From: Octopus vulgaris
Taxonomy: Eukaryota
DNA: 64,000 nt
Direction: 5' to 3'
NCBI GenBank assembly: GCA_951406725.2
Contig: OX597817.1
Location: forward strand, 82,770,001-82,834,000
Shown here piece after piece: positions 1 through 12,570 of the stretch (positions are counted from its first letter, which is position 1; every line of letters starts with the position of its first letter). The position numbers and the translations under genes are program-made. The notes below the pieces were generated by a model. The model had not been told where the DNA came from and did no database searches. It saw only the letters and a program-made list of their open reading frames with translations.

Positions 1-660
1 AACAGAGATTTATACATTTTGAAAATGTTTTTTATTACAGTATTATTCTCATTAAATTCACATTAGCTTCCAATCCAACACCTGCTTTTGCGGCATAACT
101 GTTCTAATGTCCTTTGATGTAGCGTTTATGTGGATTTCGTGGGTTGAATTTCAGGGTAGATATTCCTTTGCAGCTTTGTTCAAGTTTTTATCCATACAGG
201 TGGGTGAAGCGAACTTAGTTATCTAGTATTAGATAGTCCTTAAAATATATTCTAGATGAGGGATCATAAAATTTTAGGTTACGTGACAGCAGAGATTGCT
301 TTGAAATGCGACATGGCTATAGTTTTGGTATAATTTAAAGTTAGGATGAGCACTTTAGAGTTTAAGGGAATAGATTATCTTATATACTCAGTAGTAGAAG
401 AGAAACTTAAGTAAATCAGTATGTATTTACCTCTCTGACTGTTCATAATAAAAATAGAATGATGCTATATAAGATAGACAGATAGATCTATTTATAGAAA
501 TCGAAATAATGAAGAAATAAAGGGTAAATAGAAAAATAAACAGGAATTCGGTTTATTGGGAGATTATTCACATCTAATTAGGGTAAATCTACGATTATTT
601 GACTAGGTTAACTTATGTGCTCTTTCATCTTATATATACATATATATATATATATATATA

Positions 661-738
661 CAGTAATCCCTCGCCATATCACAGTTCACCAATCGCGGTG
701 ATTTTTGGAACGTAACACCCGCGATGGTCGAGGGATTA

Positions 739-741
<3 letters not shown>
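661..741. mobile_element. 81-bp MITE (Tc1/pogo-like) in a (TA)n tract
   Basis: 13-bp perfect TIRs CAGTAATCCCTCG ... CGAGGGATTACTG with TA on both sides; no coding capacity. Confidence 0.75.
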
Positions 742-794
<53 letters not shown>

Positions 795-798
<4 letters not shown>

Positions 799-1412
799 AC
801 AATCAAGGAACGGCCATAATAGGCCATTCACCCACTAGAAATAACAGCCAAAGCTTCAACCGCAAATAAAAGTTAATTCTGTAAACCAGGAGAAAATTTA
901 AAAAAACATTTACCCTGTAATTTCTTATACGATATACCGTTTCATCTGCTGATTAATGGTAAACTAACCTGATTAAATTAAATCAAGCCAATCTTCCACA
1001 GGCCCTCAGATTCATCAGTAAGAAATAGCCCAAGTCGGAACAGATATTTTCACGAGGCATTTCCGACCTTGCCAAGTTTATATCTGACCTAAAATTTTCA
1101 AATCGTCGCACTCGCGCCAAATTTATCGGCAGCAAATAAATATAAGCCGTCGATTCCATTACGGAATTAACCAGAAAATTCATAATTAATCAATATAGGG
1201 TGGCAAAAAAAATTTTGTAGAATTCTTTTGCCACCAGCGGCCTAGTAGGAAAAAATTAAATAGTCATAGACCATTTTTAAGTTTAACATCAACAATCAAG
1301 GAACGGCCATAATAGGCCATTCACCCACTAGAAATAACAGCCAAAGCTTCAACCGCAAATAAAAGTTAATTCTGTAAACCAGGAGAAAATTTAAAAAAAC
1401 ATTTACCCTGTA

Positions 1413-1413
<1 letters not shown>
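795..1413 (-). mobile_element. Non-autonomous HHR-bearing element (retrozyme/Penelope pLTR-like) with 126-bp direct terminal repeats
   Basis: 795-920 matches 1288-1413 (offset 493); (TA)n on both sides; internal hammerhead on the minus strand. Confidence 0.75.
920..1026 (-). ncRNA. Type I hammerhead ribozyme with intact core and long stem II insertion
   Basis: Minus strand: ATTTCTTA-CTGATGA-ATCTG-[insert with hairpin]-CAGAT-GAAA-CGGTATATCG-TA-TAAGAAAT; 8-bp stem I, 5-bp stem II, near-palindromic stem III, GUA triplet (cut 928/927). Confidence 0.85.
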
Positions 1414-1457
<44 letters not shown>

Positions 1458-1505
1458 AAATTAATATAAACAGCAGGTTGCAATGTTTCACCAAAAAGGG
1501 AGAAT

Positions 1506-1726
<221 letters not shown>

Positions 1727-1861
1727 GTGAGTGTGTGTGTGTTCTTATGTATATTTATATATGCATGTATTTTTCATGTCTGTAGATATGTGCATATATA
1801 TTTACGTTATTTACATACACACGCTCATGTATATATACACTTATATAACTCTGTCTGTTTG

Positions 1862-1962
<101 letters not shown>

Positions 1963-2282
1963 ATTTGAAATAATACTGCAACTCGAAGCTGATAATGCCA
2001 GAAATAATAGCAAATCCAAATTTCTCGCTTGCATGCACCCATTTATCGACTGAACGAATGCATACAATTGAGAAATTCAATAAGTGACAAAAGTGATCAT
2101 TTCCTAATATATAATTAAAGTATGTTACACGTCTTGATCAGTTTTGTCTTTTATTTCACAGAGTATCATATAAAGTTTATTTGAGCATCACACAAGAATA
2201 TTTTAGACACCACATAGTTACACATACGTGGACGTACGCGAACTCACACATAGTAGTAGTAGTAGTAGTAGTATTGGTGATG

Positions 2283-2360
<78 letters not shown>

Positions 2361-2389
2361 TAATAATAATAATAATAACAATAAACTCA

Positions 2390-2666
2390 GATACCAGGAA
2401 ACCCCAAAATGGCAGAAATTCAAAAGATAGTGCTCATGGGAACTGCTCATATCCTACGCAAAACACTTTCTATGTAATCTCAAGTTTTAAAACAAACAAA
2501 ATTTTCGTATGGTTTTTTAGACATTGCTAGTACAACACTAAGTACAAAACCAAATATATGGCACCCTAGGCATAACACCAACATGAACTTCCAACTTGTT
2601 GTCTCTTGAGGTCTCTGGGTGAGACTTGGAGACAACGTGTACAAATGTAAAGCAAAGTCAAACATA
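2390..2666 (+). mobile_element. 3' end of an R4/Dong-like LINE within (AAT)n
   Basis: Encodes IPGNPKMAEIQKIVLMGTAHILRKTLSM*, homologous to the C-terminus of ORF 50860-51675, then a 3' UTR; (AAT)n on both sides. Confidence 0.8.
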
Positions 2667-2673
2667 TAATAAC

Positions 2674-2721
<48 letters not shown>

Positions 2722-2723
<2 letters not shown>

Positions 2724-2949
2724 TTTCAAATTTTGCCACAAGGGCAGCAATTTTAGGTTAGGGGATGGGATGATTCGATTAATCGCCCCCGGTTTACAAC
2801 TTATACTTATTTTATCGACTCCGAAAGGATGAAGAGCAAAGTCGACCTCGGCGGAATTTGAACTCAGAATGTAGCGGCGGGCGAAATACCGCTAAGCATT
2901 TTGTTCAGCGTGCTAATGATTCTAGTAGCTCGCCGCCTTAATAATAATG

Positions 2950-2994
<45 letters not shown>

Positions 2995-3120
2995 ATAATA
3001 ATAATAATAATAACAATAATATTGTTTCAAATTTTAGCACAAGGCCAGCAGAAAGGCAAAGTCGACCTCGGCAAAATTTGATCTCAGAACGTTAAGACGC
3101 ACAAAATGCTGCTAAGTAAC
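2722..3120 (-). mobile_element. tRNA-derived SINE family A (Meta-domain-like), one near-full and one partial copy
   Basis: Reverse complement matches GGCGGCGAGCT...GTTCAAATTCCGCCGAGGTCGACTTTG...CATCCTTTCGG, repeated many times in the window. Confidence 0.75.
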
Positions 3121-3330
3121 AATCAGACACTCTCATTTAGAAAGACATATGTAAGAACACGTGCATTTGAAAAGGTTAAACGAAAGCATACACACTAAAA
3201 AAGAACTTCCTGCTAAAAAAGGCTAATAATATTCTGATAAATGATTTCACAACATTGTTTTGAAAGATATTTTTTTTAGAAAAAATCACCTTTACTCTTC
3301 AAACTGTATTAAGTAATTCTCATAGACTTT

Positions 3331-3363
<33 letters not shown>

Positions 3364-3369
<6 letters not shown>

Positions 3370-4080
3370 CTCTACCTCTACCTTTCTCTTTTCTCTCCCC
3401 CCGTGACCGGTGTTTGGCCAAGCCTAACCTTTCTTTCTTGGTTCGGCCGTCGTCCGTGTAACATCTATATTCCTCCCTGTGCCTGTAAAATCTTGTATCC
3501 CTGCCGTAAGGTTTTACTTCCACACACGCGCCAACTTAATTTAATTCGTCCTTAGTCGAAAGACACCTGTTGTTATGTCCTGTTATTTGTATTTGTGTAA
3601 CATTCTTCGTTTTCTTCCGTCCTTGTTTGCATATACATTCGCTGCTTTCTTCCAAGGAATCGTTCTTAGCTTAGTTCTTCCTTGGGGCTGGCCAGATCGG
3701 AGCAATCCCGAGTATAACCAGCCGAAATTGCAAAGATAATCTTGAACTCGACTGAGGAAAGAAAACTCCGAATGACCCGTCCTTGTTTCCTTGTCTCATC
3801 TCCTGGATGATTTTTTGTCCCTTTTTTGTATCCTCTGCCTGGATGTTTTGCGTTCTTGACCCATTTCCCTCCGGTCTTTCATAATGTGACCTCGTGTATA
3901 CTGTTGGCGATTTTTTCTCTGTCTTCCCTTCTCTGGATCATTCTTTCTCCTATGTTTCCGACGAAGAGCTCCGCTCGAAACGTTAAACCCTCCTTCTTTC
4001 CTTCTTTCCTGGACATCCAATAATATATTTTTTCCACGTCCTCGCGTTGTTGTGTTTTTTTGTGCTATCTTGTTTGGATA

Positions 4081-4083
<3 letters not shown>
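3364..4083 (+). mobile_element. Penelope-like non-coding remnant between (TA)n tracts with a minimal HHR-like motif
   Basis: GTTT-CCGACGA-A-GAGC-TCC-GCTC-GAAA-CG-TT-AAAC at 3954-3988; (TA)n flanks. Confidence 0.5.
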
Positions 4084-4119
<36 letters not shown>

Positions 4120-4161
4120 ATATACATATGTGTGTATATATATGTATATATTTATATGTAT

Positions 4162-4234
<73 letters not shown>

Positions 4235-4238
4235 TATA

Positions 4239-4287
<49 letters not shown>

Positions 4288-4331
4288 TTATATATGTACA
4301 TATGTATATATACACATACACACATACACAC

Positions 4332-4394
<63 letters not shown>

Positions 4395-4396
<2 letters not shown>

Positions 4397-4725
4397 CCAA
4401 TGGTTTCTGAATAATATACCGTCCTCAGGGCTGGACAACCGCCGGCTAGAGATAGCAGCTTACTCGACTATACTCACAGTATGTAAATATAGAAGTGACA
4501 GACACGTAATGTGTGAAATAGTTTTAAATCTCTAAATGCGATCTAATTAGTAAGTACACTTCATAGTAAAATCTATTTACCAACATAAGGTGGCAGCCCT
4601 GCGTATAACCATATTACTACCTTTTAACCTCAGGAAAACATATTTCCCAACTAGTTATCGACGCACAACCTGTGTCTGAAATATACTGTGAGCAAGGGTG
4701 CGTACTGCTCCCTCCTAGCCACTAG

Positions 4726-4728
<3 letters not shown>
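4395..4728 (-). mobile_element. (TA)n-embedded insert whose minus-strand 3' end is an HHR truncated at the cleavage triplet
   Basis: Minus strand: AGCC-CTGAGGA-CGGTATATTATTCA-GAAA-CCATTGG-TC, followed directly by TATTTATATA microsatellite. Confidence 0.6.
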
Positions 4729-4761
<33 letters not shown>

Positions 4762-4787
4762 TTATATACATGTATATATATACTTAT

Positions 4788-4862
<75 letters not shown>

Positions 4863-4943
4863 TCCCGGGTTGATTCGGGGTTAACCACAGTAAATAAGGT
4901 ACTCAATACATAGCAGAGTAAAATTAATTTATTATATAGAAGG

Positions 4944-4994
4944 AGCTTCTACAGGACTAGAACTGTTTCATTCAAGAGAAATCTTCAGGAAGCT
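4944..4994 (-). ncRNA. Type I hammerhead ribozyme (left arm copy)
   Basis: Reverse complement of 8621-8671. Confidence 0.8.
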
Positions 4995-5609
4995 AGTTAA
5001 CAAGAATTGTATTGGCATTTATACATTTAGGCAGGTTTATAGGGGTGGTGGTGGGTGACTTTTTGGGGGTAGGAATAGCCCAAAAAAATCATACTTGGGG
5101 GAGTGGTCAAGGAATCAGTGGTAAATTAGATAGAAGAATAAATAAAAGAATAAAAAAAGAATTAAAAAAATATTAAAAAAATAATAAAATATATAGAAGA
5201 ATAGAGTTTTAGGTAAATAAGGAAATTCTCACTTATACCTATACACATATGTATACATATATACACACACACACACACACATATACATACACACATACAT
5301 ACACACACACCCATATATATATATATATATACATATACACACACACATATACATACATATATCTACACATATACATATATACATATATATATACATATAC
5401 ATACATACACATATACATGCATATACATATACACACACATATGTATATATACACACACACGACCACACATACACATACACACAAAAAAATATATACATAC
5501 ACACACATACACATACACACATACACACACATATCCACATACACACATGCACACACAACACACAAGTCCCTATATACTCATATATACATATACACATATA
5601 TGTATGTAT

Positions 5610-5650
<41 letters not shown>

Positions 5651-5701
5651 TATACATACATATGTGTACCTATTCACACACATATATGCATGTATACACA
5701 C

Positions 5702-5732
<31 letters not shown>

Positions 5733-6198
5733 CACATACATATGTGTACCTATTCATACCTACACATACACACATATATACATACAATTACAAACCCATT
5801 CCCTAATTTTAATTTTATTATCTTCATTTATTACTTTTGTTATCTTTGACCGCTGGTCACATGCATCTTGGCTAGGACAGCTAGTCCCTTTTATCTTTCT
5901 ACTTGAGCACAAGCACTCACTCACGCACGCACACTCATTAGCACGCACACACACTCTCATTCATACACTCATACACATACACGCACGCACGCGTTATATT
6001 CATACATACATACATCTACATACATACACGTATATACACATACGTACGCGTACCTACAGATTCATGTCTACAATCTTAGAAGACTAGTCTATACATATAC
6101 ACCAAATATATATACACACATACATATACACCTACATACAAATACATACATACATATATATACACACATATATATATATATACACATACACATACACC

Positions 6199-6236
<38 letters not shown>

Positions 6237-6407
6237 TACATATATATATATACATATATATACACATATCCGCATACATACATACATACATACATACACC
6301 CAAACATACATACATATATACACACATACACACACCCACACGTATACATATACATACATACACGCGCATGCATACACATACAAATACATACACATACACA
6401 TATACAT

Positions 6408-6452
<45 letters not shown>

Positions 6453-6626
6453 CATACATATACATACATACATATACATATATACACACACACATACATA
6501 CACATATACACATACACGCACATACACATATACATGCGTACCCTTACACACACACTCACACGCGCATCCATATATACACATGTATGTGTATGTGTGTGTA
6601 TGTATATGTATGTATATGTGTGTGTA

Positions 6627-6664
<38 letters not shown>

Positions 6665-6850
6665 CATGGGTATATATATATATGTGTGTGTATATATGCG
6701 TGTATGTATATGTATGTATGTATATATATATATATGTGTGTGTATGTGTATGTGTATATGTACATATACGTGTACGCTCGTGTGTTTAGGTATATGTAGG
6801 TACGTACAGTTATGTATGTGTGTATGTATATGTACATATGTGTAGGTGTG

Positions 6851-6925
<75 letters not shown>

Positions 6926-7429
6926 GTGTGTGTAAGTTTATATGTATGTATCCGTCTGTATAATAGGTAACTGCACGTATATATACTTAATATTTATTAT
7001 TTATTATTTATTATTTATTATTTATTATTTTTTGAGTATGCACGTATGAATAACTGCACGTATATATATTTTATTACTTATTATTTGAGTATGCATGTAA
7101 GTATGAACATAAGGAGTGGCGTGTGTGTGTGTGTGTATGTGTAAGCATAGATTTTTGTATACTTTTACGCATGTGTGTACTTATGTGTATATATGGATGC
7201 GCGTGTGAGTGTGTGCAAGGGTACGCATGTATATGTGTATGTGCGTGTATGTGTATATGTGTATGTATGTGTGTGTGTATATATGTATATGTATGTATGT
7301 ATATGTATGTATATGTATACGTGTGGGTGTGTGTATGTGTGTATATATGTATGTATGTATGGGTGTATGTATGTATGTATGTATGTATGTATGCGGATAT
7401 GTGTATATATATGTATATATATATATGTA

Positions 7430-7475
<46 letters not shown>

Positions 7476-7938
7476 GGGTGTATGTGTATGTGTGTATATA
7501 TATATATATGTGTGTATATATATGTATGTATGTATTTGTATGTAGGTGTATATGTATGCGTGTATATATATTTGGTGTATATGTATAGACTAGTCTTCTA
7601 AGATTGTAGACATGAATCTGTAGGTACGCGTACGTATGTGTATATACGTGTATGTATGTAGATGTATGTATGTATGAATATAACGCGTGCGTGCGTGTAT
7701 GTGTATGAGTGTACGAATGAGAGTGTGTGTGCGTGCTAATGAGTGTGCGTGCGTGAGTGAGTGCTTGTGCTCAAGTAGAAAGATAAAAGGGACTAGCTGT
7801 CCTAGCCAAGATGCATGTGACCAGCGGTCAAAGATAACAAAAGTAATAAATGAAGATAATAAAATTAAAATTAGGGAATGGGTTTGTAATTGTATGTATA
7901 TATGTGTGTATGTGTAGGTATGAATAGGTACACATATG

Positions 7939-7983
<45 letters not shown>

Positions 7984-8620
7984 ATACATGCATATATGTG
8001 TGTGAATAGGTACACATATGTATGTATATGTGTATATATATATATATATATGTGTGTATACATACATATATGTGTATATGTATGTATGAGTATATAGGGA
8101 CTTGTGTGTTGTGTGTGCATGTGTGTATGTGGATATGTGTGTGTATGTGTGTATGTGTATGTGTGTGTATGTATATATTTTTTTGTGTGTATGTGTATGT
8201 GTGGTCGTGTGTGTGTATATATACATATGTGTGTGTGTATATGTATATATGTATATGTGTAGATATATGTATGTATATGTGTGTGTGTATATGTATATAT
8301 ATATATATATATATGGGTGTGTGTGTATGTATGTGTGTATGTATATGTGTGTGTGTGTGTGTGTATATATGTATACATATGTGTATAGGTATAAGTGAGA
8401 ATTTCCTTATTTACCTAAAACTCTATTCTTCTATATATTTTGTTATTTTTTTAATATTTTTTTATTCTTTTTTTATTCTTCTATCTAATTTACCACTGAC
8501 TCCTTGACCACTCCCCCAAGTATGATTTTTTTGCGCTATGCCTACCCCCAAAAAAGTCCCCCACCACCACCCCTATAAACCTGCCTAAATGTATAAATGC
8601 CAATACAATTCTTGTTAACT

Positions 8621-8671
8621 AGCTTCCTGAAGATTTCTCTTGAATGAAACAGTTCTAGTCCTGTAGAAGCT
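8621..8671 (+). ncRNA. Type I hammerhead ribozyme (right arm copy)
   Basis: AGCTTC-CTGAAGA-TTTC-TCTT-GAAT-GAAA-CAG-TTCTAGTC-CTG-TA-GAAGCT: 6-bp stem I, CUGANGA/GAAA core, 4-bp stem III, GUA triplet; U-U at the base of stem II. Confidence 0.8.
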
Positions 8672-8683
8672 CCTTCTATATAA

Positions 8684-8714
<31 letters not shown>

Positions 8715-9022
8715 GGAGGCGCAATGGCCCAGTGGTTAGGGCAGCGGACTCGCGGTTGTAGGATCGCGGTTTCGATACCCTGACCGGGCGTTGTGAGTGT
8801 TTATTGAGCGAAAACACCTAAAAGCTCCACGAGGTTCCGGCAGCGGGTGGTGGAGAACCCTGCTGTACTCTTTCGCCACAACTTTTCTCTCACTCTTTCT
8901 TCTGTTGGCCTGCTCGCTTAGCCGTTGGGGTGGCGTCATTTGATGGCTAAAACAATGCGAAACGCATTGTGACCAGCGATGTGTAGCAACATCTGATAGC
9001 CTGGTCGGTTATGGTGATCACG

Positions 9023-9027
<5 letters not shown>
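8715..9027 (+). mobile_element. tRNA-derived SINE family C
   Basis: A-box/B-box-like head TGGCCCAGTGG...GGTTTCGATACCC; homologous copy at 52452-52735. Confidence 0.75.
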
Positions 9028-9075
<48 letters not shown>

Positions 9076-9079
<4 letters not shown>

Positions 9080-9320
9080 AGTAGATGAAACAGAGGCGGC
9101 TGTGGAAGGGGAATTTTCCTTGTGTTGTATGTCTTGTACTCTATTTTTTCGTTGTTTAAGAAAAATGTCCATTTCCTTGGTTTTGTGTTTATGTTTTCGT
9201 TTCTCATTGTGTTCGACGTTTTTTTGGTGTCGTGTACCCATATACGCATGTATATATACATATAGATGTAGGTATATACATATATGTATGTATATATGCA
9301 TATGTACGTATATATATATA
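9076..9320 (+). repeat. Dispersed TA-associated repeat (same family as 36410-36700 and the arms of 57603-58578)
   Basis: Shared GAGTAGATGAAAC...GAAGGGG...TTTTCGTTTCTCATTGTGTTCGACG...GTACCCATATA. Confidence 0.75.
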
Positions 9321-9339
9321 TACATATAAATATACACAT

Positions 9340-9429
<90 letters not shown>

Positions 9430-11240
9430 ATATATATACATACATGAATATATATATAGAGAGAGAGAGTGAAAGAGAGAGAAAGAGAAAAAAAGAGAGA
9501 AGGAGAGAGAGAGAGAAAGGTAAACAATAACTGGCATGTAGAATGTATTTATATGAAAAGTTGCAAACAAATTATCTGATACGATCAAGTCTTATCTTTA
9601 CCAGCTGTTTCGGTTAAATAATTGTTGGTTACGGTAACCATGCATATCATTCAAGGAAGTTCAACATTGAAGCGGTATTGTATGTATACATATAAGCAAG
9701 GGGAAAATATCAACGAGCACGGATTTTGATACCTTCCTGCAACGAAGTGACGATACCCTCATCAAACGAGCAACGTAGCACACAGTATTGCAAATGTGGT
9801 ATTGTCTTATCTGTGACATAGAATTAAGCCTTCATTGACTAAATAGGAATTTTATTATAAATGATTTTGTTTTATACAAAACACCACAGACACCGGAGAA
9901 TTTTCAATGTTCGTAGCTGCGGCTCATGATACAGATAGTGTATGTCAATCTTTTTAACGAAACTGGATGCGTAAGAAGAAGAAAAGATTTGAGCTACGCT
10001 TGAATGGACGAAGTTAGCTACGTGAAAAATGCTGCTGTTTCGAAGACTTAACAGATTATGTGAAAAATGCTGCTGTCTGGAAGATGTAACAGTAGTGTTC
10101 CATAAAATAGATTTAATTAGCTATGCTTAAAATTTCATTGTGTATGACATATCTGCCAAATGAAGAACGATTCGTTTTCAACAGAAGAAACTCTGTGAAA
10201 ACTTTTGGCATGTGGGAACCTTGCAATGTTGTTTTATTTAATGCTGATATGAAGTTGGTCGGTGAATCGTAAATGAAACTGCAACTGAAATCTAGCGTAA
10301 ACGTTGAATGAAATTGAATATTCGAACGAAGCCATTGATTGGTGAACAACCGATGTTCATCAGACGCTGAATGCTGTATATTCCTTGATTGAAGTTGGTG
10401 TCAGTTACGAATGAACTGAAGATTTGATGCTAGGCTTCAGTATAAAAAAGTCCACATGAATGGAAGAAGTACCAGACTGTGTCAGTGCAGCACTGGGTTA
10501 TTGATGTTTGCAAATCGTGCTTGTTACTGCGTCTATCGGAAAATTATCAATGGAACATTGGGCCAATGCTGAAGTTCGATGTAGTGAATACTATGTGCAA
10601 CGAGGAAGGGCCGGCTTTTGTTATCGACATACATGATAATGATGTGCAGTAATTTGTCTTGCGATAAGACACACGTCATCGACAAACACAAAGCCATGAA
10701 ATATTAGTACCAAAGAAAGAAATACTAATTGAAACTCATAGAAAAATCAAAGAACGAAACACACAAATATTTATTGAACTTGGTACAGAAATTATATAAG
10801 GGTATCTGAATAGGAATTTTGTTATTATTGATATGGGTGAGCTTTGAAAACTGAAGGAAGTTTTAATTGAAGTGGAAACGAATGTCTTATTAATTAGAAT
10901 AGATGTCATAGGAGAGGAATGATGAATCAAAATAGAAAAGCGAACATTGTTAGAAGGGTCTGATTTATCGTACAGAAATCAAAGAAAGGAACCTGAAAAG
11001 GAAATTGATGTATAGTAGAACAATCCGTTTTGAAAATTGAATGAAATATTAATGGAATTGAGAAGTGAATTCATACTAATTAGTTATGAGCTGACTGAAA
11101 AAGAGAGATGTGAGAACTGTGAGAAGAGTCTGTTCCGAAAATGAAAAGAAAGTCGTAAAAGGAAAGATTCCTATTGCTAGAAAAGAGAAAATTATATATT
11201 TAAGCGAAAGGAATAGGAATTGATGAATAAGACTTGTATA

Positions 11241-11278
<38 letters not shown>

Positions 11279-11404
11279 ACACACACACACACACGAGTAG
11301 ATGAACGAAGGAGTGACTGAAAGTATATGAACTTTAGACCAGTTCAAATATACTGGAGAGGTATTTGAACATACAATGAAAAGATTTTATATGTTCAAAT
11401 ATAT

Positions 11405-11799
11405 ACTTTTCTACTCTAGACGCAAGGCCCGAAATTTTCAGGGAGGGGCCAGTTGATTAGATCGATCCTAGTACTCAACTGATACTTAATTTATCGACCC
11501 CGAAAGGATGAAAGGCAAAGTCAACCTCGGCAGAATTTGAACTCAGAACGTAAAGACAGACGAAATACTTATTTCTTTACTACCCACAAGGGGCTAAACA
11601 CAGAGAGGAAAAACAAGGAGAGAGAAACGGATTAATTCGATTATATCGACCCCAGTAACTGGTACTTATTTAATCGACCCCGAAAGGATGAAAGGCAAAG
11701 TCGACCTACGCGGAATTTGAACTCAGAACGTAGCGGCAGACAAAATACCGCTAAGCATTTCGTCCGGCGTGCTAACGATTCTGCCAGCTCACCGCCTTA
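11405..11799 (-). mobile_element. SINE family A, internally duplicated copy
   Basis: Two ATCGACCCCGAAAGGATGAAAGGCAAAGTC.ACCT blocks; head TCTGCCAGCTCACCGCC at the right end. Confidence 0.8.
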
Positions 11800-11840
11800 T
11801 TGGTTCAAATGCATATCAAATATATTTCAACTGGCCTTTC

Positions 11841-11871
<31 letters not shown>

Positions 11872-11872
11872 C

Positions 11873-12250
11873 AACACACCACCACGCACACATCAGTACT
11901 GACCACTTCCCAGACCTAAATTTTTCCCACCTACACATGCACACGCCAAGATCACCAGCCCTCTTCCACACGCACATACAAACTCTCTTATACACACGCA
12001 CGCGCATCTTCGTTTTGGGATCACCACTACTTTATTATCTCCCCTTCTCCCTAGCTCTCCTGTGTGGCCCTTCTGTCCAGCATTCGCCATGATAGATCGC
12101 TAGCCACTACACATTCTTTATTTTCTCACTTTGTTTCTTTCTGTGTTACTTTCTGTGGAAGAGCGTAGGCTCGAAACGTTAAAGACTTTTTCACTTCCCG
12201 TGTGTTATACTAATACATCTGTTTGTTGTCTACACCACCTGTCTGTCTTT
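11873..12250 (+). mobile_element. Penelope-like remnant with a minimal HHR-like motif
   Basis: CTTT-CTGTGGA-A-GAGC-GTAG-GCTC-GAAA-CG-TT-AAAG at 12149-12184, same architecture as 3954-3988. Confidence 0.5.
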
Positions 12251-12262
12251 TGTGAGTGAGTG

Positions 12263-12570
12263 AGTGAAGGTGTATAGCTAAGTGCATTCGGTTCACGATC
12301 GTGAAGACATGAGTTCGGTTGCCCGCGACGTGTTGTGTCTGTGAGTAAGACACTGTATCTTACGTTTTCTCAGTCCAATAGGCTGGCAAAAATGAGTTGC
12401 ACCTCTATTTCAATGAGCCAGCTTTGTCACATTCAGTGTTTTATAATGATTCTTCTTGAGAACTACGTTAAAGATACGTGCGTTTATGGAATGCTCAGCC
12501 ATTTGTAGGTTAATTTCAGGAGCAGGCTCTTCCGTTGATCGAATCACCAGGAACACCGACGAAGGCGAAT
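12263..12570 (+). mobile_element. tRNA-derived SINE family D
   Basis: Homologous to 52748-53030 (CATGAGTTC...GCGACG.GTTGTGTC...CTGGCAA...TTCCGTTGATCG). Confidence 0.7.

Larger units (their letters stand above)
4928..8686. repeat. Large inverted repeat (arms about 4928-6581 and about 7183-8686), Penelope-like inverted structure
   Basis: Unique islands 4928-5240, 5790-5910 and 6050-6090 recur as reverse complements at about 8390-8686, 7760-7890 and 7585-7630; near-identical ORFs appear on opposite strands in the ORF track (5662+ and 7590-). Confidence 0.92.

Noticed and set aside
1-330. Possible decayed PLE RT C-terminus on the minus strand
   Set aside because: Only scattered short peptide resemblance (e.g. 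NKAAKEY); too weak to call
8715-8790. tRNA-like sequence (also at 52452 and 12955)
   Set aside because: SINE heads continuing into SINE bodies; no convincing cloverleaf
3983-9527. Many 60-260 aa ORFs rich in YI/HT/CV (also near 22 kb, 43 kb and 55-59 kb)
   Set aside because: Translations of dinucleotide microsatellites, not genes
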